A stretch of 64,000 bases of DNA, taken from the NCBI GenBank assembly GCA_965140445.1, contig OZ223236.1, forward strand, positions 640,001-704,000. Reading direction: 5' to 3'. The DNA comes from Candidatus Ozemobacteraceae bacterium. Its GTDB lineage: Bacteria > Muiribacteriota > Ozemobacteria > Ozemobacterales > Ozemobacteraceae. Below are positions 17,014 through 26,004 of the stretch, in pieces. The first letter of the stretch is position 1; each line of letters starts with the position of its first letter. Made by a program: the position numbers and the translations under genes. The notes under the pieces were generated by a model. That model ran no database searches and was not told the origin of the DNA. It saw only the letters and a list, made by a program, of their open reading frames with translations.

Positions 17014-18584
17014 CAATTGCAGCCCTTGTGGCAGTCTGTTTTGTAACTTTTATTTTTCTTGCAACAAGATATAAAAGGTGTCCCTCAGACAAGATTCTTG
17101 TCATTTATGGAAAAGTAGCTGATAACCGATCCAGTAAGTGTTTACACGGTGGGGGAACTTTGGTGTGGCCTTTGATTCAGGACTATGCTTACATGAGCCT
17201 GACTCCTATGACCATTAGTATTCCTTTGCAGAATGCACTTTCATTGCAGAATATCAGGATTAACGTTCCAAGTACTTTCACCGTTGGTGTAAGCACTGAT
17301 CCAAAAATTATGAATAATGCAGCTGAAAGACTGCTTGGACTATCCGCTCCTGCAATGGAAGACATGGCCAAGGAAATCATTTTTGGTCAGTTACGTCTCA
17401 CTGTTGCGTCACTGACAATTGAGCAGATTAACCAGGATCGCGAAAGCTTTCTTGATTCAGTTAGAAGAAACGTTGAACCAGAGCTAAATAAAATTGGTTT
17501 ATATCTTATTAACGTGAACATTACAGATATTACTGATACTTCTAACTACATTGAAAGTATTGGTAAAAAAGCAGCTTCTGAAGCTATCAACAGAGCAAAA
17601 GTTGATGTTGCTGAACAACAGAAACTTGGTGCAATTGGTGAATCTGAAGCACATAAAGAAAAGACTATTAGAGTTGCGCAGAACGTAGCAGAAGCTGATA
17701 AGGGTGAAAAAGCTGCCGAAGCAGATCGCCGTATTTTCGTTCAGAAACAGGAATCACAGGCTGTTATCGGCGAATCAAGCGCAAATAAAGAAAAAACCAT
17801 TATGGTTGCCAAAAACCTTGCAGAAGCGGAAATGGGTGAAAAAGGCGCAGAAGCTGAAAGACGTGTTTTTGTTCAGGAAAAAGAAGCTACTGCTATCGAT
17901 GGCGAAAACAAATCTAAAGCTTTGATTGCCAGTTCAAATGCTTCTCTTGCTGTCCAGGAAGCCAAGTCTAAACAGGAATCTGAAATTGCTTTGCGCGAAG
18001 CTGAAGTTGAAATTCAGAAAGCTCAATACAAAGCAGAACTTGAAAGACTTACCGCTGCTGAAATCGTTAAAAAAGAAGTTGAAAAACGAAAAATCGAACT
18101 CGAAGCCATGGCGGAAGCCCAGAAAACTGCTATTGAAGCCAAGGGTCGGGCAGATGCAAGATTACTTGAGTATCAGGCTGAAGCTGAAGGTGTTAAAAAG
18201 GTTCTTGAAGGAAAAGCACTTGGTTACCAGGAATTACTTAAGAGTGTTAATAACGATCCAAAAGCTCTTGCAACACTTCTCATGGTTGAAAAAATTGAAG
18301 GAATTATTGAGAAACAGGTTGAAGCTATCAAGAATATTAAGATTGATAAAATTACTGTGTGGGACTCAAATGGCGGAGAAAAGGGAAATGGAAGCACAAC
18401 TTCCAATTTTATCTCTAACTTTGCTAAATCTCTTCCACCACTTCAAGATGTTGCCAGCATGGCTGGAGTTGAACTCCCAGAATTTCTCGGCCGCATGAAG
18501 AATGATGAAGATGATTTCAAAGCTTCAAATGAAGCAAAGACTATTGAAAATCATAGCGAAAAAGGTAAAAAGTCTGGCAAGTAA
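17001..18584 (+). CDS. Flotillin (SPFH domain) protein
   Basis: RYKRCPSDKILVIYG, SPFH domain, AEA-rich coiled coil, IDKITVWD; AGGAGG SD before ATG 17001. Confidence 0.92.
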   Translation: MWPIAIAALVAVCFVTFIFLATRYKRCPSDKILVIYGKVADNRSSKCLHGGGTLVWPLIQDYAYMSLTPMTISIPLQNALSLQNIRINVPSTFTVGVSTDPKIMNNAAERLLGLSAPAMEDMAKEIIFGQLRLTVASLTIEQINQDRESFLDSVRRNVEPELNKIGLYLINVNITDITDTSNYIESIGKKAASEAINRAKVDVAEQQKLGAIGESEAHKEKTIRVAQNVAEADKGEKAAEADRRIFVQKQESQAVIGESSANKEKTIMVAKNLAEAEMGEKGAEAERRVFVQEKEATAIDGENKSKALIASSNASLAVQEAKSKQESEIALREAEVEIQKAQYKAELERLTAAEIVKKEVEKRKIELEAMAEAQKTAIEAKGRADARLLEYQAEAEGVKKVLEGKALGYQELLKSVNNDPKALATLLMVEKIEGIIEKQVEAIKNIKIDKITVWDSNGGEKGNGSTTSNFISNFAKSLPPLQDVASMAGVELPEFLGRMKNDEDDFKASNEAKTIENHSEKGKKSGK

Positions 18585-18605
18585 TTGATTTTGACTTTTA
18601 ATTTT

Positions 18606-18643
18606 GCCCCGCCTGGAGTAATCCTGGCGGGGCTTTCTCTTTA
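18606..18643 (+). terminator. Terminator after flotillin
   Basis: gccccgcc...ggcggggc followed by a T-rich tail. Confidence 0.8.
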
Positions 18644-18968
18644 TGTTAGATTTTGTTTTTCTTACCTATCAATGGGGGCGATTAAGGGGCGGGTGATCTT
18701 GCGCTACCAAAGAAAAACTATGTAACACAGTCTATTTTAGCTGTGATTTAGGTGCTCAGATTGCCTGAAAATAGGCTTTAAAATTCTTCGAGTATGATTG
18801 GCCTCAGCCTTCATCTCCAGCCTTATCTTCAGCCAGCCTGGTTCTCCATAGGCAACTTCAGAACAAAGCATTGATAATGCCGCGAAAAGTTAATCTATGG
18901 CGCAAGTGAAAGTGCATCAATCGAAACTTTAAAACCTTATGATTTATAGTGTTGGTTTAGCTAAAAAT

Positions 18969-19001
18969 AAAAACCGCCATTCAAAATGAATGACGGTTTT
19001 T
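18969..19001 (-). terminator. Terminator after subtilase
   Basis: aaaaaccgccattca-aaa-tgaatgacggttttt hairpin. Confidence 0.75.
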
Positions 19002-19029
19002 GTTTATGTTTGTTTATCTAAGTTTGTTC

Positions 19030-20481
19030 TTAGAATACTGCTGAGAAGTAAATGTCTCTGATCTGTTTGTCTTCAAGGTCTGGACCTTTGAAGTTGTTTG
19101 GAGATTTTACAACTATATCATTAACTTTTTCGTTAGCTTCTGAGATTGCTTCATCAATGCTTTTACCAGCTTTGATCTGCATTGCTGCATACATAGCGCG
19201 GTTAACGTTGATTACGCCGCCAGTTCTAACTTTGTCTTTCAGCCATTCTTTTTTGTCTACTGTTCCCATGAGGATCTTTTTGAGTTCTACAGGTGTAAGA
19301 TCAGGATTTTCGTTGAGAACCATAGAACCAAATTTTAGAGCCATTGGACAAGCCATTGAAGTGCCTGACATATAACCCATTTTCTGGTTAGGGTATGTGG
19401 CGAAAATGTTTACACCAGGAACAGCTATGTCAACGATTGTAGTGCCGTGGCATGAAAAGTCAGCCAATTTTTTGTTATTGTCGGTAGCACCAATAACGAT
19501 TTTGTTTTCGATATCAACGTTATTTGGTGAACTTGTAATTCCATCAAGATCTTCGGAAGAGTTACCAGCAGCGATGAAGATGAGAGCATCTTTGCAGCCA
19601 CTGAAGAAAGCTTTATCTCTTGCGAGGAGAGCTTTTTCTACGAACAGGTTTGTTACTTCCTGAACTTCTTCATCTGTTGGATTAATCCAACCCCATTGTT
19701 GAATCATGTTTTGTTTGAAACTTTCAAGAAGCTGTTTGTTTTCTGTGCCGAATGAGCAGTTGATGAGTTTTGCTTTCAAAGAGGCTACGTATGCAGCTTC
19801 TTTTTTGGCTTTTGCTGCATAATCTTGTCCTAGTCTTGCAAACAAATCTTCAAGCTGACCCATAGTAACTTTTGTTGCTTCTGGAGCGCGTGAACTTCTG
19901 GTGTTTTTATGGGCAAGTTCATAGTTGATCTGACTGAGAGCCTGAGCAACGAATGCTTTTGGAGCTGCGCCAGTTGGGATATGTCTTACTGCTTTTAGGC
20001 TTACGCAATCATTATCTGTTGAAATTATACCAGCACAATGTGTTCCGTGGGCCCATCCACCAACGAATCCAATCCAGGGGCCGAATTTAGGGTCATTATA
20101 ATTGGTTACCAAAAAGCTGAATTCTTCTTTGGTTAAGGCTTCTTTTCCGTATGCCTGGATTTTTCCGATGAGTTCCATGCATTTAAGAACTTTATCATAG
20201 TCTGGAGGAGTGCTTGAAAGATCAACAATGGTAGAATTGTTTTCTACAAAGTTCCAGCCATAAACGTCATCTTTATAACCGTTTTTGTCGTCATCTTTGT
20301 TGGCAACACCATTAAGTTCAGCCTGGTTTGGCAGAGCTAAATCTTTCAACTGGTTGTGGGTAAAATCACTACCAGAATCAAGTACCAAAACTCTAACTCC
20401 CTCTGCTGAAAAAGCCGCTGGAGCACTGAGAAGTGAGAATACGCACAAGGCCGCAACAAAAGAACGGATTTTATTATGCAC
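19030..20481 (-). CDS. Secreted S8 subtilisin-like serine protease
   Basis: LDSG, HGTHCAG, AAGN and SGTSMA catalytic motifs; signal peptide. Confidence 0.92.
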   Translation of the reverse strand: MHNKIRSFVAALCVFSLLSAPAAFSAEGVRVLVLDSGSDFTHNQLKDLALPNQAELNGVANKDDDKNGYKDDVYGWNFVENNSTIVDLSSTPPDYDKVLKCMELIGKIQAYGKEALTKEEFSFLVTNYNDPKFGPWIGFVGGWAHGTHCAGIISTDNDCVSLKAVRHIPTGAAPKAFVAQALSQINYELAHKNTRSSRAPEATKVTMGQLEDLFARLGQDYAAKAKKEAAYVASLKAKLINCSFGTENKQLLESFKQNMIQQWGWINPTDEEVQEVTNLFVEKALLARDKAFFSGCKDALIFIAAGNSSEDLDGITSSPNNVDIENKIVIGATDNNKKLADFSCHGTTIVDIAVPGVNIFATYPNQKMGYMSGTSMACPMALKFGSMVLNENPDLTPVELKKILMGTVDKKEWLKDKVRTGGVINVNRAMYAAMQIKAGKSIDEAISEANEKVNDIVVKSPNNFKGPDLEDKQIRDIYFSAVF

Positions 20482-20650
20482 TTATTTTTCTCCTAATTTG
20501 TAATTGTATTTCATTATTATACGGATTTTTTTTAAAGCGTCAAAAGATCACCCAAATTTTTTTACGAGCTTCCATTTTGTACGGAATACATTATACTTAT
20601 ACTATTCTGTGAAAAAATAATTACAAAAAAAATAAAAACGGGAAAAAATA

Positions 20651-21334
20651 ATGAGAAAACAAAAAATTTGGTTGGTTGCTGTTGTTCTTTGTTGTTTGAC
20701 GTTTATTTCTGCAAATGTCTATGCTGGAGACCCTGCTGGTTATTGGTCATCTTCAACTGGTTCAAGTATAAAGATATGGGCCAACATGCAGCAGGTAAAT
20801 ATAACTGTTACGGCTCCTAACGGGGCTAGCTATAAATATAATGGCTGGTGGACAAGATTCAGTGACAACTTCAGCTATCAGGTCCCCAATTCTGGTATTA
20901 GACAGTGCTGGTTTGATAGAAATAATAGCAATATAATTTGGGTTAAAAGCCCGAATGGTTCAATGACTAAGTGGACGCGTGGCGGCAAACAAAGCTATTC
21001 AGCCCCTGCACCTTCCTACAATAATCAAGGCTACAATAACAATCAGGGCTACAATAATAATCAAAGCTCTGGTTCTACTATTGACGGCACATGGAGTTCA
21101 AATTCCGGAAATTCATTTTTGATTTCTACAAAAGGAAATCAGGTTTTTGTGACTATGGTTGCCGCTAATGGAGCCCGAGTTCAAGGAATTGGCAGATGGT
21201 TGAAGTATGGTTCTAAATTTGATTATTCTCTTAGTGGTTATCCGGGAACTGTAGTCTGTACAGTTGATTACAGAAACCCAAACGTTCTATATGTTGTTAG
21301 TAATAGCGGAAGAAATACTTGGACGAGAAGATAG
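20651..21334 (+). CDS. Secreted protein with two tandem Trp-rich beta domains
   Basis: Signal peptide; GYWSSSTG..WTR and GTWSSNSG..WTR repeats joined by a (YNNNQG)n linker. Confidence 0.8.
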   Translation: MRKQKIWLVAVVLCCLTFISANVYAGDPAGYWSSSTGSSIKIWANMQQVNITVTAPNGASYKYNGWWTRFSDNFSYQVPNSGIRQCWFDRNNSNIIWVKSPNGSMTKWTRGGKQSYSAPAPSYNNQGYNNNQGYNNNQSSGSTIDGTWSSNSGNSFLISTKGNQVFVTMVAANGARVQGIGRWLKYGSKFDYSLSGYPGTVVCTVDYRNPNVLYVVSNSGRNTWTRR

Positions 21335-21366
21335 TCCAGATAAAAGAATTTGAGGAGATTTACTTG

Positions 21367-23208
21367 ATGCGAAAATTGCTTCTGTCTTTGTTTTGTTTAA
21401 TGATGGGATTCGCTTTGGTAACCCCTGCATTTGCTATAGAGCAGGAAATACCGAATTACCAGTATCGTTCTCTCAGTGTGAGTAACGTTAAAGACTTTAT
21501 CAGTGAAGTTAAACAGAATCTTTCTGATCAGGAAACGGTTTTAAAAGCAAAATATGCTGCAAAACCAAAAAAGGTAAAAAAACATCAGACTGTTGTTGCA
21601 TTTAAAGATGTAATTAAAAGGTCTGAAAGCTTGTTGGCAGAGATTTCTGAAAATGGTCAAAATAGCGACACCGAACGGGAATTTATTAGAATTCAAAGAC
21701 TTCACTACGGTGTTATGGCGGATATTGGTGGAGCAGAACAAACCGGAAAATTAAAACGTGGAAAGAACATGATCAAAAACGTTCTTTTTGGCCCTATAGT
21801 TTTAAAGGTTCCAGATGTAATTAGCCCCGACATTAAAGTTGGCTTAAAAAGTGCCAAAAAAGAAGCTGAAAGACTTTTCAGACCAGGTAAAAAGACTCCT
21901 GTAAGTTTTGAAGAAATGGCCGAAATGAATTCATTTGAAATTTCCAGACTGGAAGTTTCAGAAGATCACCCGGCATTGGTTGGTGAGCCTGGGAATCATT
22001 ATGCAGAATTCCTGAAAAAAATGGAAAAACTTATTAAATTGCAGGATAAAGATCTTAAAAAATTCGATTATTCCTTTGCAAGAAGAGTTCTTTTCTTTGA
22101 TGGCGGCAAGGAAACTGCCACATCTCCGAAGATTTCTACTAAGGACCGATATGGTTTAAAATGGAAACTCAAATGGGGTGACGAAGTTCATACAGACGTT
22201 GCTATGACGCGCTTGTATATCGATCTTGGTGGTACTTACACCGATCAGAAATTCTACTCTGGACCTGGCGAAACAATCCTGATTTTGCAAAAAGAAGGCA
22301 AAGATAACATCTCTACTTTCTATGAATTATCAGATATGCTTTTGCATTCAACATTTAAGTTTCATGCTGATAGATATTTTCTTCCAGAGCCAGTTATTAA
22401 AGATAAAACCGGTAGAATTCTTGGGAGCGGAATCGTAGATGAAGCTATGGCCGAAAGGGAATCTATCCCTGTAGATAAAATTGGCTGTTACTATGTTCTA
22501 TTCAAAGAGTGTCAACTTTCTTTATATAATCCAGCTATTAAACGTCTTGGCGGAGCATCATTGAGCAATGTTGGCGCTGATCAGGATAGAGTTGCAAGAA
22601 GCTCAATTATTTTTAATGCATGGATCAAAAACAAAGACATGAAGGATGACAACAGTAGAGTTGGCCTTCTATACAATGCTGAAACAGATAAGTTTGACTT
22701 GCCAGTTGAATTTCAGAGTGATCTTGGTTGTACTCTTGGAGGCTTGAAACCTTCTGGAGCAATTAACAAGTTTGAAGCTTCGATGGTGAAATTGATGCCA
22801 CAGTCCATAAACTTTTATATGAGACCACTTTATGTTCCTTCAGCGTGGAAAGCATGCACCTGGGCAGACGCAAGGTGGATGGCCATGAGAATTGCCTCTC
22901 TCAGCCGTGAAGATATGGAAAGAGCCTTTTTTGACTGCGGTTGGCCTACTTTTGTTCAAAAGCTTGCAATCGAAAAGCTTATTAATCGAAGAAATGAGCT
23001 TGTAAAAGCATTTAAACTGGAAGAAGACGGGTTCAAACCATTACCATGTGATGTGAAATTCACTATGAAAGTAAAAGGTAAAGGCGGAGCTGTTGATTAT
23101 CCTGTTAAACGTGGCGTGATTAATAAAAACTCGAAAACAGTCAAAATGCTTGTTGAGCAGAACCATCCAGAAGGTCTTGCTGATATTGTTTCAAGAAGAG
23201 ATGACTAA
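21367..23208 (+). CDS. Secreted hypothetical protein, atypical kinase-like
   Basis: Signal peptide from ATG 21367; KLKWGDE, NKDMKDDN and SDLG resemble protein-kinase-like motifs. Confidence 0.7.
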   Translation: MRKLLLSLFCLMMGFALVTPAFAIEQEIPNYQYRSLSVSNVKDFISEVKQNLSDQETVLKAKYAAKPKKVKKHQTVVAFKDVIKRSESLLAEISENGQNSDTEREFIRIQRLHYGVMADIGGAEQTGKLKRGKNMIKNVLFGPIVLKVPDVISPDIKVGLKSAKKEAERLFRPGKKTPVSFEEMAEMNSFEISRLEVSEDHPALVGEPGNHYAEFLKKMEKLIKLQDKDLKKFDYSFARRVLFFDGGKETATSPKISTKDRYGLKWKLKWGDEVHTDVAMTRLYIDLGGTYTDQKFYSGPGETILILQKEGKDNISTFYELSDMLLHSTFKFHADRYFLPEPVIKDKTGRILGSGIVDEAMAERESIPVDKIGCYYVLFKECQLSLYNPAIKRLGGASLSNVGADQDRVARSSIIFNAWIKNKDMKDDNSRVGLLYNAETDKFDLPVEFQSDLGCTLGGLKPSGAINKFEASMVKLMPQSINFYMRPLYVPSAWKACTWADARWMAMRIASLSREDMERAFFDCGWPTFVQKLAIEKLINRRNELVKAFKLEEDGFKPLPCDVKFTMKVKGKGGAVDYPVKRGVINKNSKTVKMLVEQNHPEGLADIVSRRDD

Positions 23209-23231
23209 CTTACCTTTCTTAAAGTAACCAT

Positions 23232-23270
23232 AACGAGCCCGATCTAATTTAAGGTCGGGCTTGTTTTTTT
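23232..23270 (+). terminator. Terminator
   Basis: aacgagcccgatct...aggtcgggcttgtt followed by a T run. Confidence 0.8.
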
Positions 23271-23343
23271 GTTTTTTCCTTTCCAATTTTCCCCTGAGAA
23301 AAGTAAAATGGCTCTAATAACAAAAAAAAAGTGTGAGAAAGAA

Positions 23344-24483
23344 ATGAATTCATTTTTTAGGCTGTTTTGTATTGTGCTTGTTTCGCTTTTTTGTTCCCTT
23401 TCTATGGCTTTTGCCATGGATCAAAAAAGCCTGGCGATTGCCACATTAAAATATGACATCACACAATTGAATGCTGGCAATAGTATTGATGACTCCGATG
23501 TTGTGCCGGGAATTCAAAAAGATTCCCAGGAAAAAAATGTTGGCAACTCAATAGTTGAAAACCTCTTAAATCTTGCAGGAAAGAAAGAGAAAAAAATCAT
23601 AAATAAGATTCTTGATTTGGACAAGAAGGTCAAGTTTATCAACGTAAAATCCATTGAAAAAAGGCTTGGAAATGTTAATTTCCCTGCTTTGGTAAATCTG
23701 TTTAATGGAGTAAAAAGTTTAAAAATTAAGGGTTTTGATCTGAGTAAAATTAGTGAGTTGAAAGGCTCATTAGCTCAGATTGAGGGGCTTATTAAGCAAT
23801 ACAAAAATTCTCCGAAAGAGGCTGGAAAGCTTTCTTTCTTTGCTGGAATGGCAAAAGAGCAGCTTGGAAATGTGGAAACTGATCCTGTAGCCAGGTCAAC
23901 ATTCAGGGCTTCAGCAATCCAGTCTTATCAGAATTCTCTATCGAATCTGAAAAAGCTCCCAGATCAACCAAGTCAGGATGCGTCTACTGATGCTGAAGAA
24001 AGGATTGATGCTCTTCAGAATCCTTTTGGAGAAGTGATTCCTTTAACAGGAAAGAAAGGCCCAAAAAAAATACTTTTAACCTCAGATTACGGAACAAGAA
24101 TTCATCCAGTGAAAAAAACAAAAAGGTTTCATTCTGGAGTTGATCTTGCTGGCTGGAAATGCACTGGTTGGAAAGTTGTTGCTATAGGGCCAGGTCGAGT
24201 TATTAAAAGTGGATGGGAAACTGGATATGGTTATCTGGTTGTTCTTTCCCATGAAGTTAATGGAAAACAATATTTTTCAAAATATGCCCATCTGAAGAAA
24301 AATGGCCGCATTTCATCCGGGAAGCTGGTGAAGCCAGGACAACTACTTGGATATTGTAACAATTCCGGAGTTTCCACCGGGTCACATTTGCATTTTGAAG
24401 TAAGAAAAGATTCTTCCAGAGGGAAAACTCTTGATCCAAAAGAATATCTCCCATATGTTGAACCCATCCCTGGGTTAAAATAG
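23344..24483 (+). CDS. Secreted M23 metallopeptidase
   Basis: HSGVD, YAHL and STGSHLHFEV motifs; signal peptide. Confidence 0.9.
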   Translation: MNSFFRLFCIVLVSLFCSLSMAFAMDQKSLAIATLKYDITQLNAGNSIDDSDVVPGIQKDSQEKNVGNSIVENLLNLAGKKEKKIINKILDLDKKVKFINVKSIEKRLGNVNFPALVNLFNGVKSLKIKGFDLSKISELKGSLAQIEGLIKQYKNSPKEAGKLSFFAGMAKEQLGNVETDPVARSTFRASAIQSYQNSLSNLKKLPDQPSQDASTDAEERIDALQNPFGEVIPLTGKKGPKKILLTSDYGTRIHPVKKTKRFHSGVDLAGWKCTGWKVVAIGPGRVIKSGWETGYGYLVVLSHEVNGKQYFSKYAHLKKNGRISSGKLVKPGQLLGYCNNSGVSTGSHLHFEVRKDSSRGKTLDPKEYLPYVEPIPGLK

Positions 24484-24498
24484 TTTTAGAGGTTATCT

Positions 24499-24945
24499 GT
24501 GGGTATAGTTAAATATAGTTCGATTTTTTTTATTCTAGTTCTAATTTTCGGTGTTTGCACCACACTGGTTGCTAATGAAGAAAACTGTGTTGGTGTAGAA
24601 GAAAATTTTGAAGAAGACAGACTTGCCTGTATGGCAAGACTTAGTCAAATAAAAGCAATTATTGAACTTGATCGAATGGATCAACATTCGCTGTTTTTGG
24701 TTGGCTCGCAGAGCCGTGAAATAAGTGGTTTTATGGATTTGGCTGAAATTGAAGAATTCCTTTGTAATGATGGTGGAATAATTTCTTTTTCAACAGGCAA
24801 AGATGGTGCGGTAAAGGTTAGCTGTTCTATTCACGGTGAACTAAAATTGGTAGATATTGAACTTGTTGAAAACACTGCCAGCAAGACTGAAACCTTAAAC
24901 GAATCAGATCCGGAAAACTTTGATTTAGAGAATGAAATTGAATAA
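24499..24945 (+). CDS. Small secreted protein with one Cys3His pilin-like module
   Basis: ACMARLSQIKAIIELDRMD...CNDGG...VSCSIHG. Confidence 0.7.
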   Translation: MGIVKYSSIFFILVLIFGVCTTLVANEENCVGVEENFEEDRLACMARLSQIKAIIELDRMDQHSLFLVGSQSREISGFMDLAEIEEFLCNDGGIISFSTGKDGAVKVSCSIHGELKLVDIELVENTASKTETLNESDPENFDLENEIE

Positions 24946-24957
24946 AGGACTACTCTG

Positions 24958-25998
24958 ATGAGGATAAAACAGCTTTTGACATCATGTTTTTTGATGATTG
25001 GGATTGTAGCCTTTTCACAGCAGTTTGATGGTGGGGTCATTCCTACTGACAATCTTGATATTAGTGAGATTCAGGCAAACATTGATAGATCGCTACCTGA
25101 AAAAGCTGGAAATTTAAGATTTTCTCGTATTGCTGTCTTACCATTTTCTGGTTGGCCAGATGGCTTGGTGAAGCAGGGGCATGATGCAAACGGTGTTTTT
25201 CAGGGCTACTCTTTGAAAACTTTTAATAACTCCATTTACTTCATGGATCAAGCAGGATATAGCGTTTTTAAAATTAGACCGCAGACAGGAAAATACGAGA
25301 TTTTTTCAACAGATTATGGGCAGAAGAATATCAAAATGGAGGATTTTGGCCTTTTATCCGGTAATTCAATTGTTTTGTCCGATAACTCAAGGCAGTCGTT
25401 GCTTTTCTTTGAAAATAATCGCTTAAAAGAAGTAAAGAGTCTGGAAAACGATCGAGTTCTTTTTCGTCACATTGATTTTGTTGAATCAGATGTTTTAGGG
25501 CGAAAAATAGCAGTTTACGACTCTGGTCGGAATCGAACTGTGCTTCTGGATTCGCATGGTAAAAGTCTTTGGAATCGAGAAGGCAAAATGGAGCCTTGTT
25601 TTTACGGAGCTTCCGTTTTAAACCTCGAAAAAGCTGATAAAGGTATAGCAGTAAATATTATCAGCGAACTTTCCAGAACCCCCAGGTTGCTTGACAAGTA
25701 TTATTGTAAAGAGGGTAATATCGTTCTGGATGCCTGGATTGCCGGAACATTTAGAGGGACTCTTGTGATGGTCGTGTATGAAGGAAAAGGCGATGAGGAT
25801 CACCCTGATTATGCTAAAGTGGTTCTCTTTAAAGATGGAAAACAGAGGGTTGTTGAATTTAAGCCCTTTATGGATTTTCGCCTGGGATTGGTTACTCCAT
25901 TCAGATTATTACTTTCAAGAAATGGACTAAAACTTATAACTGCCAGATTATTAGAAAGCGGGATTGAAATTATAGGCTCTGAATTGCCTATTTTCTAA
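24958..25998 (+). CDS. Secreted hypothetical protein (NHL/beta-propeller-like)
   Basis: Signal peptide; IYFMD, IVLSDN and IAVYDSG repeat-like motifs. Confidence 0.65.
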   Translation: MRIKQLLTSCFLMIGIVAFSQQFDGGVIPTDNLDISEIQANIDRSLPEKAGNLRFSRIAVLPFSGWPDGLVKQGHDANGVFQGYSLKTFNNSIYFMDQAGYSVFKIRPQTGKYEIFSTDYGQKNIKMEDFGLLSGNSIVLSDNSRQSLLFFENNRLKEVKSLENDRVLFRHIDFVESDVLGRKIAVYDSGRNRTVLLDSHGKSLWNREGKMEPCFYGASVLNLEKADKGIAVNIISELSRTPRLLDKYYCKEGNIVLDAWIAGTFRGTLVMVVYEGKGDEDHPDYAKVVLFKDGKQRVVEFKPFMDFRLGLVTPFRLLLSRNGLKLITARLLESGIEIIGSELPIF

Positions 25999-26004
25999 AA
26001 AAAT

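Noticed and set aside
17926..18498. 190-aa alternative-frame ORF in flotillin and other long overlapping ORFs (35173-35778, 50538-51047, 60664-61044)
   Set aside because: They are nested in well-supported genes, carry no recognisable motifs, and are explained by codon bias.
18673..18700. gggggcga as a tmRNA 5' end
   Set aside because: Lacks the following TTCGAC motif and a tRNA-like 3' end.
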